63,874 nt of DNA, filler included, from Reticulomyxa filosa (GCA_000512085.1; 17 parts of 17 records of this genome joined end to end with filler, not necessarily neighbours in it), one strand, 5' to 3'. Counted from the first letter of the whole stretch, positions 13,768 to 25,732 are shown. A program made the numbers and translations. The notes: a model not told the origin generated them from the letters alone.

Positions 13768-15725
13768 TTTTTTGTTTTTGTTTTTTTAGATGAGTCGCAG
13801 TGGGCTCTCTCTACTTGCACAAACTCAGGTCTTTCAAGTTAAAAGAGCACCTCGTTCTAAGAAAGGTCCACACAAAAGTAATTAAAGACAAACATTCAGT
13901 TAATCGATTTAGATTGAAATTTGTCCTGAAAAACTTGAAATTGTTCAAATCTTTCTCTTGGTACCGATAACGAACTTGGCTGCATTAACAACCTTGATCC
14001 TAATGTCTGGTTTCCACGTTCGATTTCCAATGATGAAATATTTCATCGACAAGGACAATACATTGATATCTGGAAGCAACCAACTGCGACGTAAGTCTTG
14101 ATATTTCAAACATTCTATCAGGAAATGCTCGACAGTCTATTCTTCTTCACCAAATACAATCAGGAGAATATGATTTTGGATGTTATACAAATAATCATTC
14201 AATCCAACTTTGACAGTGATCAGTCGACAAATGATCTTGCGTTCACTAAATGTTAATGAATGCATAACAATCTTCTCAAATGATTGTGCTTCCACCAGGG
14301 GCATTACATGTCTTGGATTATCCACTCCTTCACATATCCAATTCTATTCAATTGCTTTGTGAAATAGGAAGTCAATCAGATCCACTTTAACCATATGTTG
14401 ATGTTTCTCCAATAGTGATTTCCTTCGCAATTGCTCAGAAGCTTTCTTGTACAGCATCAAATTCCTTGGTGTTCTTTGTTTACGAAATATGTTCTTTGAT
14501 TTTTGAACTATCTTTCGTAATCGAGATAGACTATCACTCCACCATGGCTTGTTGTCTTTCAATATCGTCCTGATACCAATTGTTGCTTCACCTGCATCAA
14601 CAATACATTTGGTCCAAGATTCGACAGCTTTATCCAATGTTCCTGTATTGTTCAATACAATAGAATCAATGGATTGCATCCAATTGTCAATATTTCTTTT
14701 CAATATCAATCTAAATTGTTCCCATTTATTGCTTCTCAGATTCCATGTTTCAATCTTTTGTCGTTCAATTCGTGGTGATGACCACGTGGTTTTGATATTG
14801 AACGTGATTGGGAGATGATCTGAATGAACATCCAATTCAACATCATTTGTTCTCCAATTGCTAACAAATGGAAGAATAGATGATGTGCATAATGTAATAT
14901 CAATACTTGATGTTGCATTATCTTTCATAAATGTACAATTAAATGGCAATGTGTTAATAATATCTAATCCATTGGACACAATGAAATCGAGAATACAATC
15001 ACCAACACCGTCGGTATTATGATCCAACCATGCAGGATGATGCGCATTCCAATCTCCTCCAATGACTATGTGTTCACTTATTTTCATAGCATGATGTAAT
15101 TCTTGCTCAAATGCTTGAATGTTAGACTGTTTGCATTGCAAATTTCGATAGAAACTGCAGAATAACAATGGTCTATTTTGATCTGGACATGAGACTTCAA
15201 CCCAACACGATTCATAGCCAAATACATTAAATGTATCAGCCATAGTATTAAATGATCGTGAGATGGAATGTAAATCTCTTCGACATAACACTCCAGATCT
15301 TCCTGTCTCAATCCAATGATGAACATAAAGATGCTGGAAATTATAATCGATGCCATTCTTCTTCGACCGAAAACCTTCTTGCAGTAGGCATACATGCGGC
15401 TGCTTATACTGCAGATTTTGCTCTAATATTTGGGAATTGGAATAAAATCCGTTGATATTATTCTGGAAGATCAACAAATCACTGTTCATCATGCCAGTAT
15501 TTGATATGTTGACTTCATCTCTTGATCTGTTTCCAACTCCCATCTGCATCATCGCTTTGAATGATTGACAGAAAAATGGACGTATATTGTTTTGAGATTT
15601 CCAGAGAACGTATGTGCAATGACATTTCTTGACAATTGATTGTTGTTCTTCAAGCCAAGGAACTTAAGTACCGATGTCGCTGACTTAAGATCTTTGGCTT
15701 GAATTGGTGATGATGAACATAAGAA
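13768..15725 (-). mobile_element. Internally deleted LINE: APE endonuclease joined to C-terminal CCHC region, 3' UTR and A-rich tail
   Basis: ORF 14344-15552 has APE motifs QNNING, CLLQE, IGGDWNAHHPAW, SSIDITL, SDHLPI and KPWW. It is followed by RKIICRLITVKVGLNDYL...TVEHFLIEC. A-rich tail AAAAAAAACAAAAACAAAAAA at ~13768-13788 on the minus strand. Confidence 0.88.
14344..15552 (-). CDS. Apurinic-like (EEP) endonuclease of LINE ORF2, truncated
   Basis: Full set of EEP catalytic motifs (N, QE, GDWN, ID, SDH) in a 402-aa ORF. Confidence 0.88.
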   Translation of the reverse strand: MMQMGVGNRSRDEVNISNTGMMNSDLLIFQNNINGFYSNSQILEQNLQYKQPHVCLLQEGFRSKKNGIDYNFQHLYVHHWIETGRSGVLCRRDLHSISRSFNTMADTFNVFGYESCWVEVSCPDQNRPLLFCSFYRNLQCKQSNIQAFEQELHHAMKISEHIVIGGDWNAHHPAWLDHNTDGVGDCILDFIVSNGLDIINTLPFNCTFMKDNATSSIDITLCTSSILPFVSNWRTNDVELDVHSDHLPITFNIKTTWSSPRIERQKIETWNLRSNKWEQFRLILKRNIDNWMQSIDSIVLNNTGTLDKAVESWTKCIVDAGEATIGIRTILKDNKPWWSDSLSRLRKIVQKSKNIFRKQRTPRNLMLYKKASEQLRRKSLLEKHQHMVKVDLIDFLFHKAIE

Positions 15726-15825
15726 NNNNNNNNNNNNNNNNNNNNNNNNNNNNNNNNNNNNNNNNNNNNTTAATTAATTAANNNNNNNNNNNNNNNNNNN
15801 NNNNNNNNNNNNNNNNNNNNNNNNN
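15726..15825. other. Artificial contig spacer (N44-TTAATTAATTAA-N44). Further copies start at 21212, 25633, 32672, 35274, 41179, 46221, 47390, 49419, 50536, 51854, 53180, 54433, 59248, 61032 and 62411
   Basis: Identical 100-bp layout at all 16 sites; the 12-mer gives stops in all six frames. Confidence 0.98.
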
Positions 15826-17714
15826 CACTCCAATCACTTTTGGAGTGTCAATGAGATTGTTTTTTTTGCTTTATTCAATTTTTTAGGACTAATTACTTCA
15901 AGAAAAGTGAAAACAATGATTTATTCGTGTTTGAAGGTAAAAAAAAACCCCTTGTATCATCATTAAAAGACATTATCATATGTTGCACAGAGAAATTGAT
16001 GGATCTCTTTACAAATCTTCTTTCGTCGTTTCTTTTTTGTTATTCTCCAAGAAAGAACAAAGACAGATCAGAATTATCTCACGACTTGAAAGAAGAAAAA
16101 AAACGAAACAATCATTGGATGAAGTCAACATGCCAAAGAGTGCTGAAGCAAATGTGGAAAAAAAAAGAAGCGAAGCTATGGCGATTATTATCATCTCCTT
16201 CTCTTTTCCATAGATATCGATTACGCGTTACTGGTATGAAGATCTCCTATCGACTTATCGCAATCTCTTTTTGTTTGTGTTTGGATTACTATCTCGTGCA
16301 AGTAACCCAAATCGAAGTAATAATTTCAAGGCGGACCCGCCTAAAAAGTAAGAATAGTGCAACTCTGTCGTCCAATGGCATTCTTTTTTACACGATCGTG
16401 GACTACAGTACAAGGAAACAAGTCTACGATGTCATCACATTTCTATCGATCAATCGCAGAGGTATGTGTTCGCATAGAATAATCACCAAACTACGAAGTT
16501 GGACGTCTAAAAAAAAAATAAATAAACAAAAATATAGAGGAAAAAAGCAACAATCAATCACCACGTTTGTTCAATTTTCTTTTCTTTGCTGTTATTGTTG
16601 TTTGCATTGGCGGCAATAATGATTGGATAAACAAACAGCAAAAAAAAAAAGACTTTTGATTTTCAACTTTAACGATCCACAAGTAGGCGTGAGCGCATGT
16701 GCTCATTTCCATTGATTGTACCTGATGTGGTAGATAGCAGCAAATAAACAAGTTCAAGTTTTGTTGCACATGCATAATTTGATCACAGAATAAACGTTTG
16801 AAATTTTATATACTTTTTTGTTTGGATGAAACCATTTGCATAGCAAAAATGGAGAGAAATTGACGAAGAGTTGATCAAGATCACTACTTCGTACAATGAA
16901 CGTTCCGGAACAGAATGAAAGGCGTGCATGCAAAAAAAAAAAAGCAAAGAGTTACCAAACACAAAGAAAAATATTAATTTAACATGCAATCTACTGAGAT
17001 GGTATTAGCGATAGTTTGGATCATTATACAATGTATCAACACGTTTGTGCATAATTGAGATTGCACTTCGCTCATTGTTTATGACTTCTTTGACATATAT
17101 TGACAGTGATTTCACTTTGATTATTTGTGCTCCACATATTTATTCACACAGCACATGCGATTATTATGTTGTATACGTAGTTCATGTGAAATGACATAAG
17201 CACTTTTTAGTATATGATAAGACCAGTTTGCGAAGCATTGTAAGTGTATAAGCATATTTTTATGTTTGCTTTCATTCATTTGACTAAAATGTTTATATAA
17301 TTTCAAACATTGGTTTGAATGACAATAGCAATTGTTTGGATAGTTATTTAAAAAAAAAACAATTTGAATCACATATATCTGTATCGCGAATGATTAAAGC
17401 CATACTGAAATATCCAAAAATTAATTATTTGTGAAATTGTATTGATATGAGAATGCTGAAGCTGGGAAGAAAATTGTCATTAACATATTAATATTATAAA
17501 TTTAAACAAAACATTAATTAATTAAAAAATTTTAACAACAATTAATTCAAAAAGAAAAAAAAAGAATAACACCATAGAATGAGCATGAATTTGGAAAATG
17601 CCAAATATTTGTCCAACTATTCAAGTAAACAAGACTGTAAGTGTGATGATGTGATGAAATGTAAACAACATAGAGAAAAAAATGAAGTTGGAAAAGATAT
17701 CTACAAAACTGGGA

Positions 17715-18885
17715 CAATCGGAGCATCGCGCCGTGACGGCCGTAAGTGTTCGTGTTGTTGTTGGCCACTATGGATGATCGCAAGCGATCCCACAACGCAA
17801 GTGGTTGCTTGCAGATCTTCCATTTATCAAACAAATTGTAGACCACTGAATAATGGGATGCAATGCATCCCTAGCGCGTCAATATCTATCGACACAAGCC
17901 ACATGGCTGGTCATAGATAAGCCGCGTCGAGTCGTCGACATCAATTTGTCCACACTAGTGGACGATTCTCCTTGCAGGACTGGTGGCACAGACGACTCCT
18001 GATGATGCAATTCTTGCATCAAATGATCGGTCTACGGCGTGCGAACAACACATGAGAATTGAGGAGCACACTTATACGAGCAGGAATCAGGAACCACGAA
18101 CCAGGAATAGCATCACATATCCGCTATAACCATTGATAACGGCAGGCAGAATATCAATATCCAATCAGTCCAATGAAAAAAAAATCAACAAAAAAAAAAA
18201 AAGGATTGAACGCTACACTATCAAGCAACAGAAATGGTGATCCTCCCCTCGTCATTAACAAGACAACACGAAAAAAGATTTTAAAAATAAAGGTAAGTGA
18301 AAAAAGTAAATTGAAACAAACTTGACAAAAAAATTGCAACGAGTGCAATTGAGCAACAGGTGAAAAGGTGCAAAGGGGACAACAAGAAGCAAGGGGGAGT
18401 AAATAAGTGCAAAAGGGAAAAGCAATTATTACAATTTAAAAAAAAAAAAAACCAACAGGAATAATCAAAATACGAATTATCGATGCCATGATTCCAAATA
18501 ATAATCCATGCCAATCTAGTAACAAACAATTAATCTAGTATAAATATTGAATGTAAATATTAATAAATAAAAATAACTTTAAATTCGGCTTAATATCATA
18601 AAACGGCCGTCGTCAGCCTGATAATCAGTAGGCGCATTGTTATCGTATAGTCTCTTCGTCCCTCTGTTAACACGGCGCACTGCCAGTAACACCAAGGGGG
18701 AGACTTTATACCATGTCCATCCACAGATGGACATTGCCATCAGTCCTGCAAGGAATTGCTGTCGGTACTGCGATAATGCAAACCTTCAACGTGGCCTTGG
18801 TTTGCCGCAAGTACCGACGCGCCTGTATCGCACGCGTGTAGCGATCATAAATCGCAATCGTAGTGAGCGCTGTAGTGTTGCGCTA
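17715..18885 (+). ncRNA. Candidate bipartite structured RNA/DNA element (two hairpin-dense modules)
   Basis: Many stems, raised GC relative to flanks, no recognisable protein, 20-nt complement between the modules (see findings). Strand is inferred from a G-U pair. Confidence 0.35.
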
Positions 18886-18916
18886 AGGCTGACTTGGCTC
18901 CACCATAATACAGGAA

Positions 18917-18972
18917 CACAGGAGCACATGAATAACTAATACAGCACAGGAGCACAGTAATAACTAATACAT
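18917..18972 (+). repeat. 28-bp tandem duplication
   Basis: cacaggagcacatgaataactaatacag / cacaggagcacagtaataactaatacat. Confidence 0.85.
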
Positions 18973-19208
18973 GATCAACCAATAATAATCAATATCCATC
19001 TGCAATCAAAATGATACGACCACACCCAAAACGATGCCATTCTAAATATCTCAGTATCGAACAATTCTTGCTCCTTTTTTTTTGAAGTGATGTTTTTTCT
19101 CAACTCCAAACTCTTGGTATTTGAAAAAACCAAGAAAAAAAGAAAAGAGTTGTTTAACTAACTCTTTTGAAACGGAATTGATCCAGGAATCAACAATCTT
19201 TTCACCAC

Positions 19209-19226
19209 TGGCGCCGGACACGGGAA
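19209..19226 (+). other. Putative tRNA primer-binding site (PBS)
   Basis: TGGCGCCGGACACGGGAA lies one base after a CA dinucleotide and resembles the Lys-type PBS TGGCGCCCGAACAGGGAC. Confidence 0.4.
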
Positions 19227-19915
19227 CGAACTAGTGCAAAGCTTTAGAAAAAGGGGAGAAAAAGTTCCTCGCAAACACATTCCAATTTTCTTTAGTTGAA
19301 ATGAAAAATGAATATCTGTTAATATTTAAGTTCATTCAATTTCAAATTAGATAACATATAAATTCACAATTTGATGCGGAATAAGTAAGTGTAGAAAATG
19401 ATTTGACTCTGTTGCAACAAAGATTTTTTTGAAAAAACAAATATTAGATATTTGATGCTGTTTGTGACTGTAAATTAATGAGGTTTCAAGAAGATCTTGT
19501 TATCACAGCTTGTTTTTAAGGAATAGTTTTTGCCCATTCCTGTTAGTATTGTTGGTTTTATTGCTCAATGTGTTTTTTCCTTCAACAAAATTTGATAAAC
19601 TCCACTAGTGCAATCCACATATTTGCAAATTTGCTTTAACACTTCAACAAGCAATAATCAAAATGTTCATACTACAACAATAAAAAAAAGTGCGTTTTGT
19701 TTCTCTGTCTTGCTGTTTGCAAAAGGAAAGTTTTATGATCATGTGATACCTATGCAATACAGCTGTGTTTTTAAGAAAGAGCATTGCAAAAAAATGAATT
19801 GAAATAATTAAATTGAAAAACTCAAAAGTTTTAATACTTGTTTGACGTTTGGATTTTGATGGTAGTGTACGCAATGTTGGTATTGTCGTTTTTGCATTGC
19901 AAATAATTTGCAAAA

Positions 19916-20740
19916 TTACTCTTTTTTCAAAGTAGCATTTATATTTGTCGTTTGACGTCTACACTTTTGGATGCACTTGGCACTGTTGAGCTGTCCTGCT
20001 AGTCTCGCCATGATGCATACTGATTCATACGCCGATGATTGGTTGACCACCAATAATCCATTGCATCCCTCGCTCGTTCCATCATTAAAACAAGAGTTCC
20101 TATTAGAACAAAGTGTTCGAGACAAAAACACGGAAAGCGAAAATGAGATACAGAAAACGAATCCAATACAAGAACCTCCAGAGATAATAAAGAATACGTA
20201 CCTCCTCGATCTAAGAATCAAGACAGTATGAAAATGGACACAACAAGTCAATGGCATTTGCCGTGGCAAGTTTGGATTGGAAAAAGAGAGACCATTTTGA
20301 GCGTGACTGAATATGCCACCCAACAATTGTAATCTTTCGGACGAATACAAACTCAAGTTACTTACCGTACGACGCTTTGTGCTTCGACTCAATACACTCG
20401 TGTCATTTCTCTTGTTCATCGCATTATCTTCATCCACATGTCCATATTTCTCCTCTTTTAATTGCAGGTTCACTCGTGGACTTGCTTCACTTTCCTCAGA
20501 TTTCATTGTTTTGTTAGCAGAGTCCTTTTCATTCACAATGTTGTTGATTGCATCCGCAGTAGTGTTGGAAATTGGATTGTTGTGAATGATATAAAAAGAG
20601 ATGATATTGATTGAGTGGACGCACGTCTGGAGTGGTAATAGCGTCTTTGGATGTATCCCATAGAAGCATGCATTCTCTTGTTTTGCGTCATCGTATTTCT
20701 TTTCCACGTATTCGGTGTGGATCTCAAATATCCAATGCAA
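19916..20740 (-). CDS. Hypothetical protein or degenerate gene
   Basis: 274-aa ORF with no recognisable motif and competing plus-strand ORFs. Confidence 0.2.
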   Translation of the reverse strand: MHWIFEIHTEYVEKKYDDAKQENACFYGIHPKTLLPLQTCVHSINIISFYIIHNNPISNTTADAINNIVNEKDSANKTMKSEESEASPRVNLQLKEEKYGHVDEDNAMNKRNDTSVLSRSTKRRTVSNLSLYSSERLQLLGGIFSHAQNGLSFSNPNLPRQMPLTCCVHFHTVLILRSRRYVFFIISGGSCIGFVFCISFSLSVFLSRTLCSNRNSCFNDGTSEGCNGLLVVNQSSAYESVCIMARLAGQLNSAKCIQKCRRQTTNINATLKKE

Positions 20741-21311
20741 CGTCGGACAGTACGTTTGTGAGTGTCAAAAAAAAAAGCTACAACAAAAAAGTGTCCTAGA
20801 AAAAAACAGTAAAGGTGACAGAAAAGTAAAATAAGCAAATTGCAGCTGGTATTTCATATCCCAATTATTCAATCAATGTTAAATTTTTTTCCTTTATCAT
20901 GATTAATTATTGCTTTGATATCAATTTCTAATTTATATCATTTGTTCATAATATTTTTTTGTTATTGCAAATTCATTTTCTTTTTAATTTTTTTATCTTC
21001 ATACAACCTCAATTTTTTGTGTTATGATTTTCGTCAGTTCAAACTTTGACCAGATAATAACTTCAACAAAAAAAAGTTAAATGAATTGTAAAATCGTTAT
21101 GCTTTTCAAAATTCTTCATTAAGGAAAGTATTTAAAAACGACTTACACAAGTTTTGTTTTTTAGATGTCATCTATTTTTTTATTTTTGGAAAATTAAACA
21201 AGGGTTTAAAANNNNNNNNNNNNNNNNNNNNNNNNNNNNNNNNNNNNNNNNNNNNTTAATTAATTAANNNNNNNNNNNNNNNNNNNNNNNNNNNNNNNNN
21301 NNNNNNNNNNN

Positions 21312-21752
21312 CAAATGATCTTTCATTTCACTTATTTTTCCTTTATAATTGCATTCATTTTCGTGTTCTTCTTTTGATTGGTTCTTTTTCAAATCGTATT
21401 GTCGAGGACATGTTATCAATAAATCTGAAACTTGTTGTATCAAAGATTTATTCTTCACAAATTCACAATGATCGTGTTGTTGAATTGGGCATTTGCCATT
21501 GCTTTCCTTCAAGTACATTTGCAAACATTCTTTTCCTACCAAATATATTTGTTCTGCATTTTCATGCTCATTGCATTGCAATTCCACTGCGTTATTTGCA
21601 ACTTGTTTGCAAATGCAGCAGATTAAATGGTTCAATTTCTGTTGGTTGTTAGTTAACAAAATCCAGTCTTTGTTATAACAACCAGAACTGGAAAATGTCT
21701 CTTTTTCATTTTCCACTTTTTTTTCATCTCTTTCCATGTCCAAGGATAACAT
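21312..21752 (-). CDS. RING/TRAF-type zinc-finger protein, N-terminal part (3'-partial)
   Basis: CCICKQVANNAVELQC..H...VGKECL...KCPIQQH...TCPRQY...ECNYKGKISEMKDHL. Confidence 0.75.
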
Positions 21753-22135
21753 TATCTATCCCTTTCTGTATTATGATGGAGTTTTTTTTCTCCAAAAAAA
21801 AATTGTGCTTAAAAGGGGATAACACGAAATTCTTTTTATAAAGTGGTTAACATTATTGAACATCTTTATTTATTTTTAATTTTCTAAGAAAGCAAATGAA
21901 AACTACAGCAAAAATTTAATTCATTGCTTTTTTTTTTTGGAAATAAAAATTTTGTTTGAAGTTTCGAGTGCATATTATTATAAAACAAAAAAAAAAAATA
22001 AAGCAAGCAAAGAGAGAAAGCGCAAAAAATGAAGCAAAGACTGAAGTCCCTTCATTGAACTTGAAAAAAAAAGTTAAACTTTTCCATGTTACATCATTGA
22101 AGATGATCCAAGCAAAAAACAAAAGCAGTTGCAGA

Positions 22136-23544
22136 ATGACAGCTCTTATCAATCATGAACAAACTTTACATCAACTAGTAGTGGTAAGTTTTATTCCAAA
22201 GTTATAAAAAATTGATTGTCTTCAAGTTTGTATTGTATTTATTGTGTGGTCTTGTGATTAATTAGCCAGAGGAAAACGAGATCCAAATCATTATTCAGCA
22301 TTGGATTCGAATATTACACATTAAATTTGGATGGATAAATGATTTTGATAAATTGGTTGTCAATTATGTTAGGTTTTTTTAATTTTTGTCTTTCATTTAA
22401 TTTAAATAAAAATGAACAAATATATTTGTCATTTTTTATCATCTCTGTTAACACAGGCAACTACATCACTTATGTTTGACACATTTCGTTCATCATCCAA
22501 ATTAATCAATACATTCACTAGACATACAATGTCTGTGCGTAGTATTGATTATTCAGCATTTGATGATTGTCAATTCATTTGTTCTGGATCACTTGATGGC
22601 ACAGTTCGTGTATGGGATGTTGATAACGACATACTAGTCCAATCATTCGATGAACATTCAAGTAGTGTAAATTGTGTAAAATTTTCATCATATCATTATC
22701 ATAATTATCGTCAAAATGTCATTTGTTCTTCATCATATGACAAAACCATTCGTTTTTGGGATTTCAAAAATAATGAGGAATTAGAAATATTCAATGAACG
22801 TAATGGTACTATCAATGGAATTGAATTTTCACCATTTAATGGTGGTAGATATTTATGTTCTGGGTCTGGTGACAATACTATTCGTTTATATGATATTGAA
22901 ACATCAAAGCTATTACATATTTTCTATGGACATAAAAGTACTGTTTGGTGTGTTGATATTTCACCATTACAAAGCGATAATAACAACGATAATAATAATA
23001 AAATGAATAATATTGGTGTGATTGGTGGAAATGGATATACTATTTGTTCTGGATCACATGATGATACCATTCGAATATGGGATATTGAAACAACCAAACA
23101 ATTGAATGTATTCAAATGACATAGACATTATATGAGGAGTGTAAAGTATGGATCAAATGAATTAATAAATACAATATTATCTGGATCAGATGATAAAAGT
23201 GTTCGTTTGTGGGATATTCGATCTTGTCAACAAATTCAAGTTTTCAATGGACATACAAATCATGTATGGTCTGTTGAATATTCACCATTTGTAATAAAGA
23301 ATATTATTGGTAATTCGAATGTGATATGTTCTGGTCAGAAGATAGTACAATTCGTTTTTGGGATATTCGATCAAATAAGAAAGAATTGTATTTAATCGAA
23401 GGAGGTGATGAAAAAGATATTGGAATAAGATGCCTGAAATTTGTATCATTGAAAAAGAAAGTAAATAATGAACAAAAATTAAATGATTGTGGTGTTCATT
23501 TATATTATGGCTTATGTTATGGTTTAATTCGTGTTTGGGGATGA
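22136..23544 (+). pseudogene. WD40-repeat protein with premature stop and frameshift
   Basis: Exons MTALINHEQ.., PEENEIQIIIQHWIR.., then about 6-7 WD repeats (SGSxDxTIRxWD). TGA at 23117 replaces the Gly of a GH motif; frameshift at ~23333. Confidence 0.85.
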
Positions 23545-24029
23545 ATATGTATGAATGAAATTTTGTTTTAATTTTCATTTTTGAATTTATTCAATTTATA
23601 CTTTGGATTGTTGTTTAATTTATTTTTTGAAATTTTTGTCATTTAAGATAAAAAAAGGTTTATATTATTTTTGTGCGCTTTTAATAAGATATTGAGAAAT
23701 AATTTGCCATAAAACTGAATTTTGGTATTTGATACTTTTGAGAAGCAAGAAATGCGTATCAATTAAAAAATGTTCACTTAATTATGACAACATTGTCATC
23801 TTGAATAACATCATTATACGTTAACATAAAAAAAAAGGGGTAATAAATTAAACCGAAACAAATAAAACCACTTTGGATGTATGTTTATGCATGAGAGACT
23901 TTTAGGAAATATTGGAAAGATCTCTTTTACGTATTTTCAATTGTTATTGTTATCTTCCCTTTTTTGTGTTTTTGTGTTTTCAATTAAGTATTTTTTTAAA
24001 TATTTATTCATGTCTTTTATTTTCCCTTT

Positions 24030-24978
24030 AAAATAGTATTGATTATCTAACACTTAATGACGACAAATCCATTTGTTCTGAATCAATTGATACAAAAATT
24101 CGTGTATGGGATTTTAACGGCAACAAACAAATTGGATCATTTAATGGACATTCAAATTCTGAGAGTTGTGTAAAATTTTCATCTTATCAATATCATAAAT
24201 ATCGTCAAAATGTCATTTGTTTCATTGTTTTTGGAATATCGAGTGTAATAAGCAAGTACAAATATTTCATGAACATGCTCAAGGGTGTGTGGAATTGAAT
24301 TTTCATCATTTAATAATGGTCGATATTTGTGTTCTGGATCATATGACTATACTATTCATTTATGGAATGTTGAAACATAAAATCATTGCATGTTTTAATG
24401 GACATACAAATGGTGTTTTGTGTGTTGATATTTCACAATCGCAAAGCAAGAATGATAATTGTATTAGTGTGATTGGTGAAATGGATATACAATTTGTTCT
24501 GGATCATACAATTTGAATATGGGATATTGAAACAACAAAACAATTGATTATTTTCAATGGACATCAAAGTAACGTATGGAGCGTAAAATATGGATTATTA
24601 AATACAATATTATCTGGATCATATGATAAAAGTGTTCGTTTGTGGGATATTCGATCTGGTGACAAATTTAAGTGTGTAATGGACATACTGGTATTGTGTA
24701 TGCTGTAGAATTTTCATCATTTATGAACAGTGAAAGTAATAGTTATGATGAAACAATAATGTTTAAGCCAAATATAATATGTTCTGGATCAATTGATAAT
24801 ACAACCCGTGTTTGGGACATTCGAACAAGTAAATAATTACATTTGATCAGATGAAATCAAATGGAAGATAGTGGAATATTTTCTCTTAAATGTTTAACAT
24901 TTAAATATAAACAAAATGGTGATCGTGTTGGTTTGTGTTATGGCTCAATCAAAGGTCCCATTCATATTTGGGGATAAA
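24030..24978 (+). pseudogene. Degraded tandem paralogue of the 22136-23544 WD40 gene
   Basis: Co-linear near-identical blocks (e.g. aatacaatattatctggatc...aagtgttcgtttgtgggatattcgatct) with many indels and stops. Confidence 0.85.
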
Positions 24979-25254
24979 TAATTTGGAAAATGTTTAAAAT
25001 ATATTTTTTGTTTACTTGTAACAAAAGAATAAAAGAGTTAAAGGCAGAACGTAAAATAAAATATAAAAAAAAATACAAACCAAAAGTACAACATTTCAAC
25101 TTATATTGAATATTAAAATAAGATATATGAAAAATGTTTGGACTTCTTTGTGGATATGATTATGCGTTTTCATGTTCAACAATTTTATGTTAATTCAAAT
25201 TTTCTTTTTTTTTTTCCAAAAGTAATGAAAATACACATGTTATACTTAAAGCAA

Positions 25255-25400
25255 CTTTGTTCATGAAAGAACCAGAACAAGATATTTACCATCTGGAGAA
25301 AAAATTGCACCCAATATTGCACCAAAATGTCCTTTTAATTCTCGCATTGTGTTTTCTTTCAAATTCCATAATTGGAGTTTTTTAACTGAAACCAATTTTC
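25255..25400 (-). pseudogene. WD40 fragment
   Basis: LWNLKENTMRELKGHFGAILGAIFSPDGKYLVSG-like reading. Confidence 0.55.
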
Positions 25401-25732
25401 GATTATTAGCTTTATCAAATGTGGTATAGTTGTCTTATTTGTAGCAACGGTAGTTATCCTTTCTTTAGTGTTTTGCACAAAAACAGTTATGGATCTCTTT
25501 TTTTGTACAACTGACCAATTCCAACTTTGCTTATTCGATTGTCTTTCATTTATTTTATTTTTTAAACATAAAGTAGCAAAAGTTTAGTTTTCATAAAGTG
25601 GATGATGGACATATAAACAATTTTCTATTTACNNNNNNNNNNNNNNNNNNNNNNNNNNNNNNNNNNNNNNNNNNNNTTAATTAATTAANNNNNNNNNNNN
25701 NNNNNNNNNNNNNNNNNNNNNNNNNNNNNNNN

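Noticed and set aside
15927-17400. ORFs 15927-16619 and 16554-17372 as genes (weak RING-like CxH remnant at ~16690-16745)
   Set aside because: No coherent exon chain or reliable motif; at most a decayed pseudogene.
17999-18025. Hammerhead ribozyme (CUGAUGA followed by a stem)
   Set aside because: The required GAAA after stem II is absent (reads UCAAA) and no stem III/NUH site is evident.
23117-23119. TGA reassignment or selenocysteine in the WD40 gene
   Set aside because: It is a single GGA-to-TGA change in a family with many pseudogenes, and TGA ends intact genes here (VSR, PP2C, V-ATPase a).
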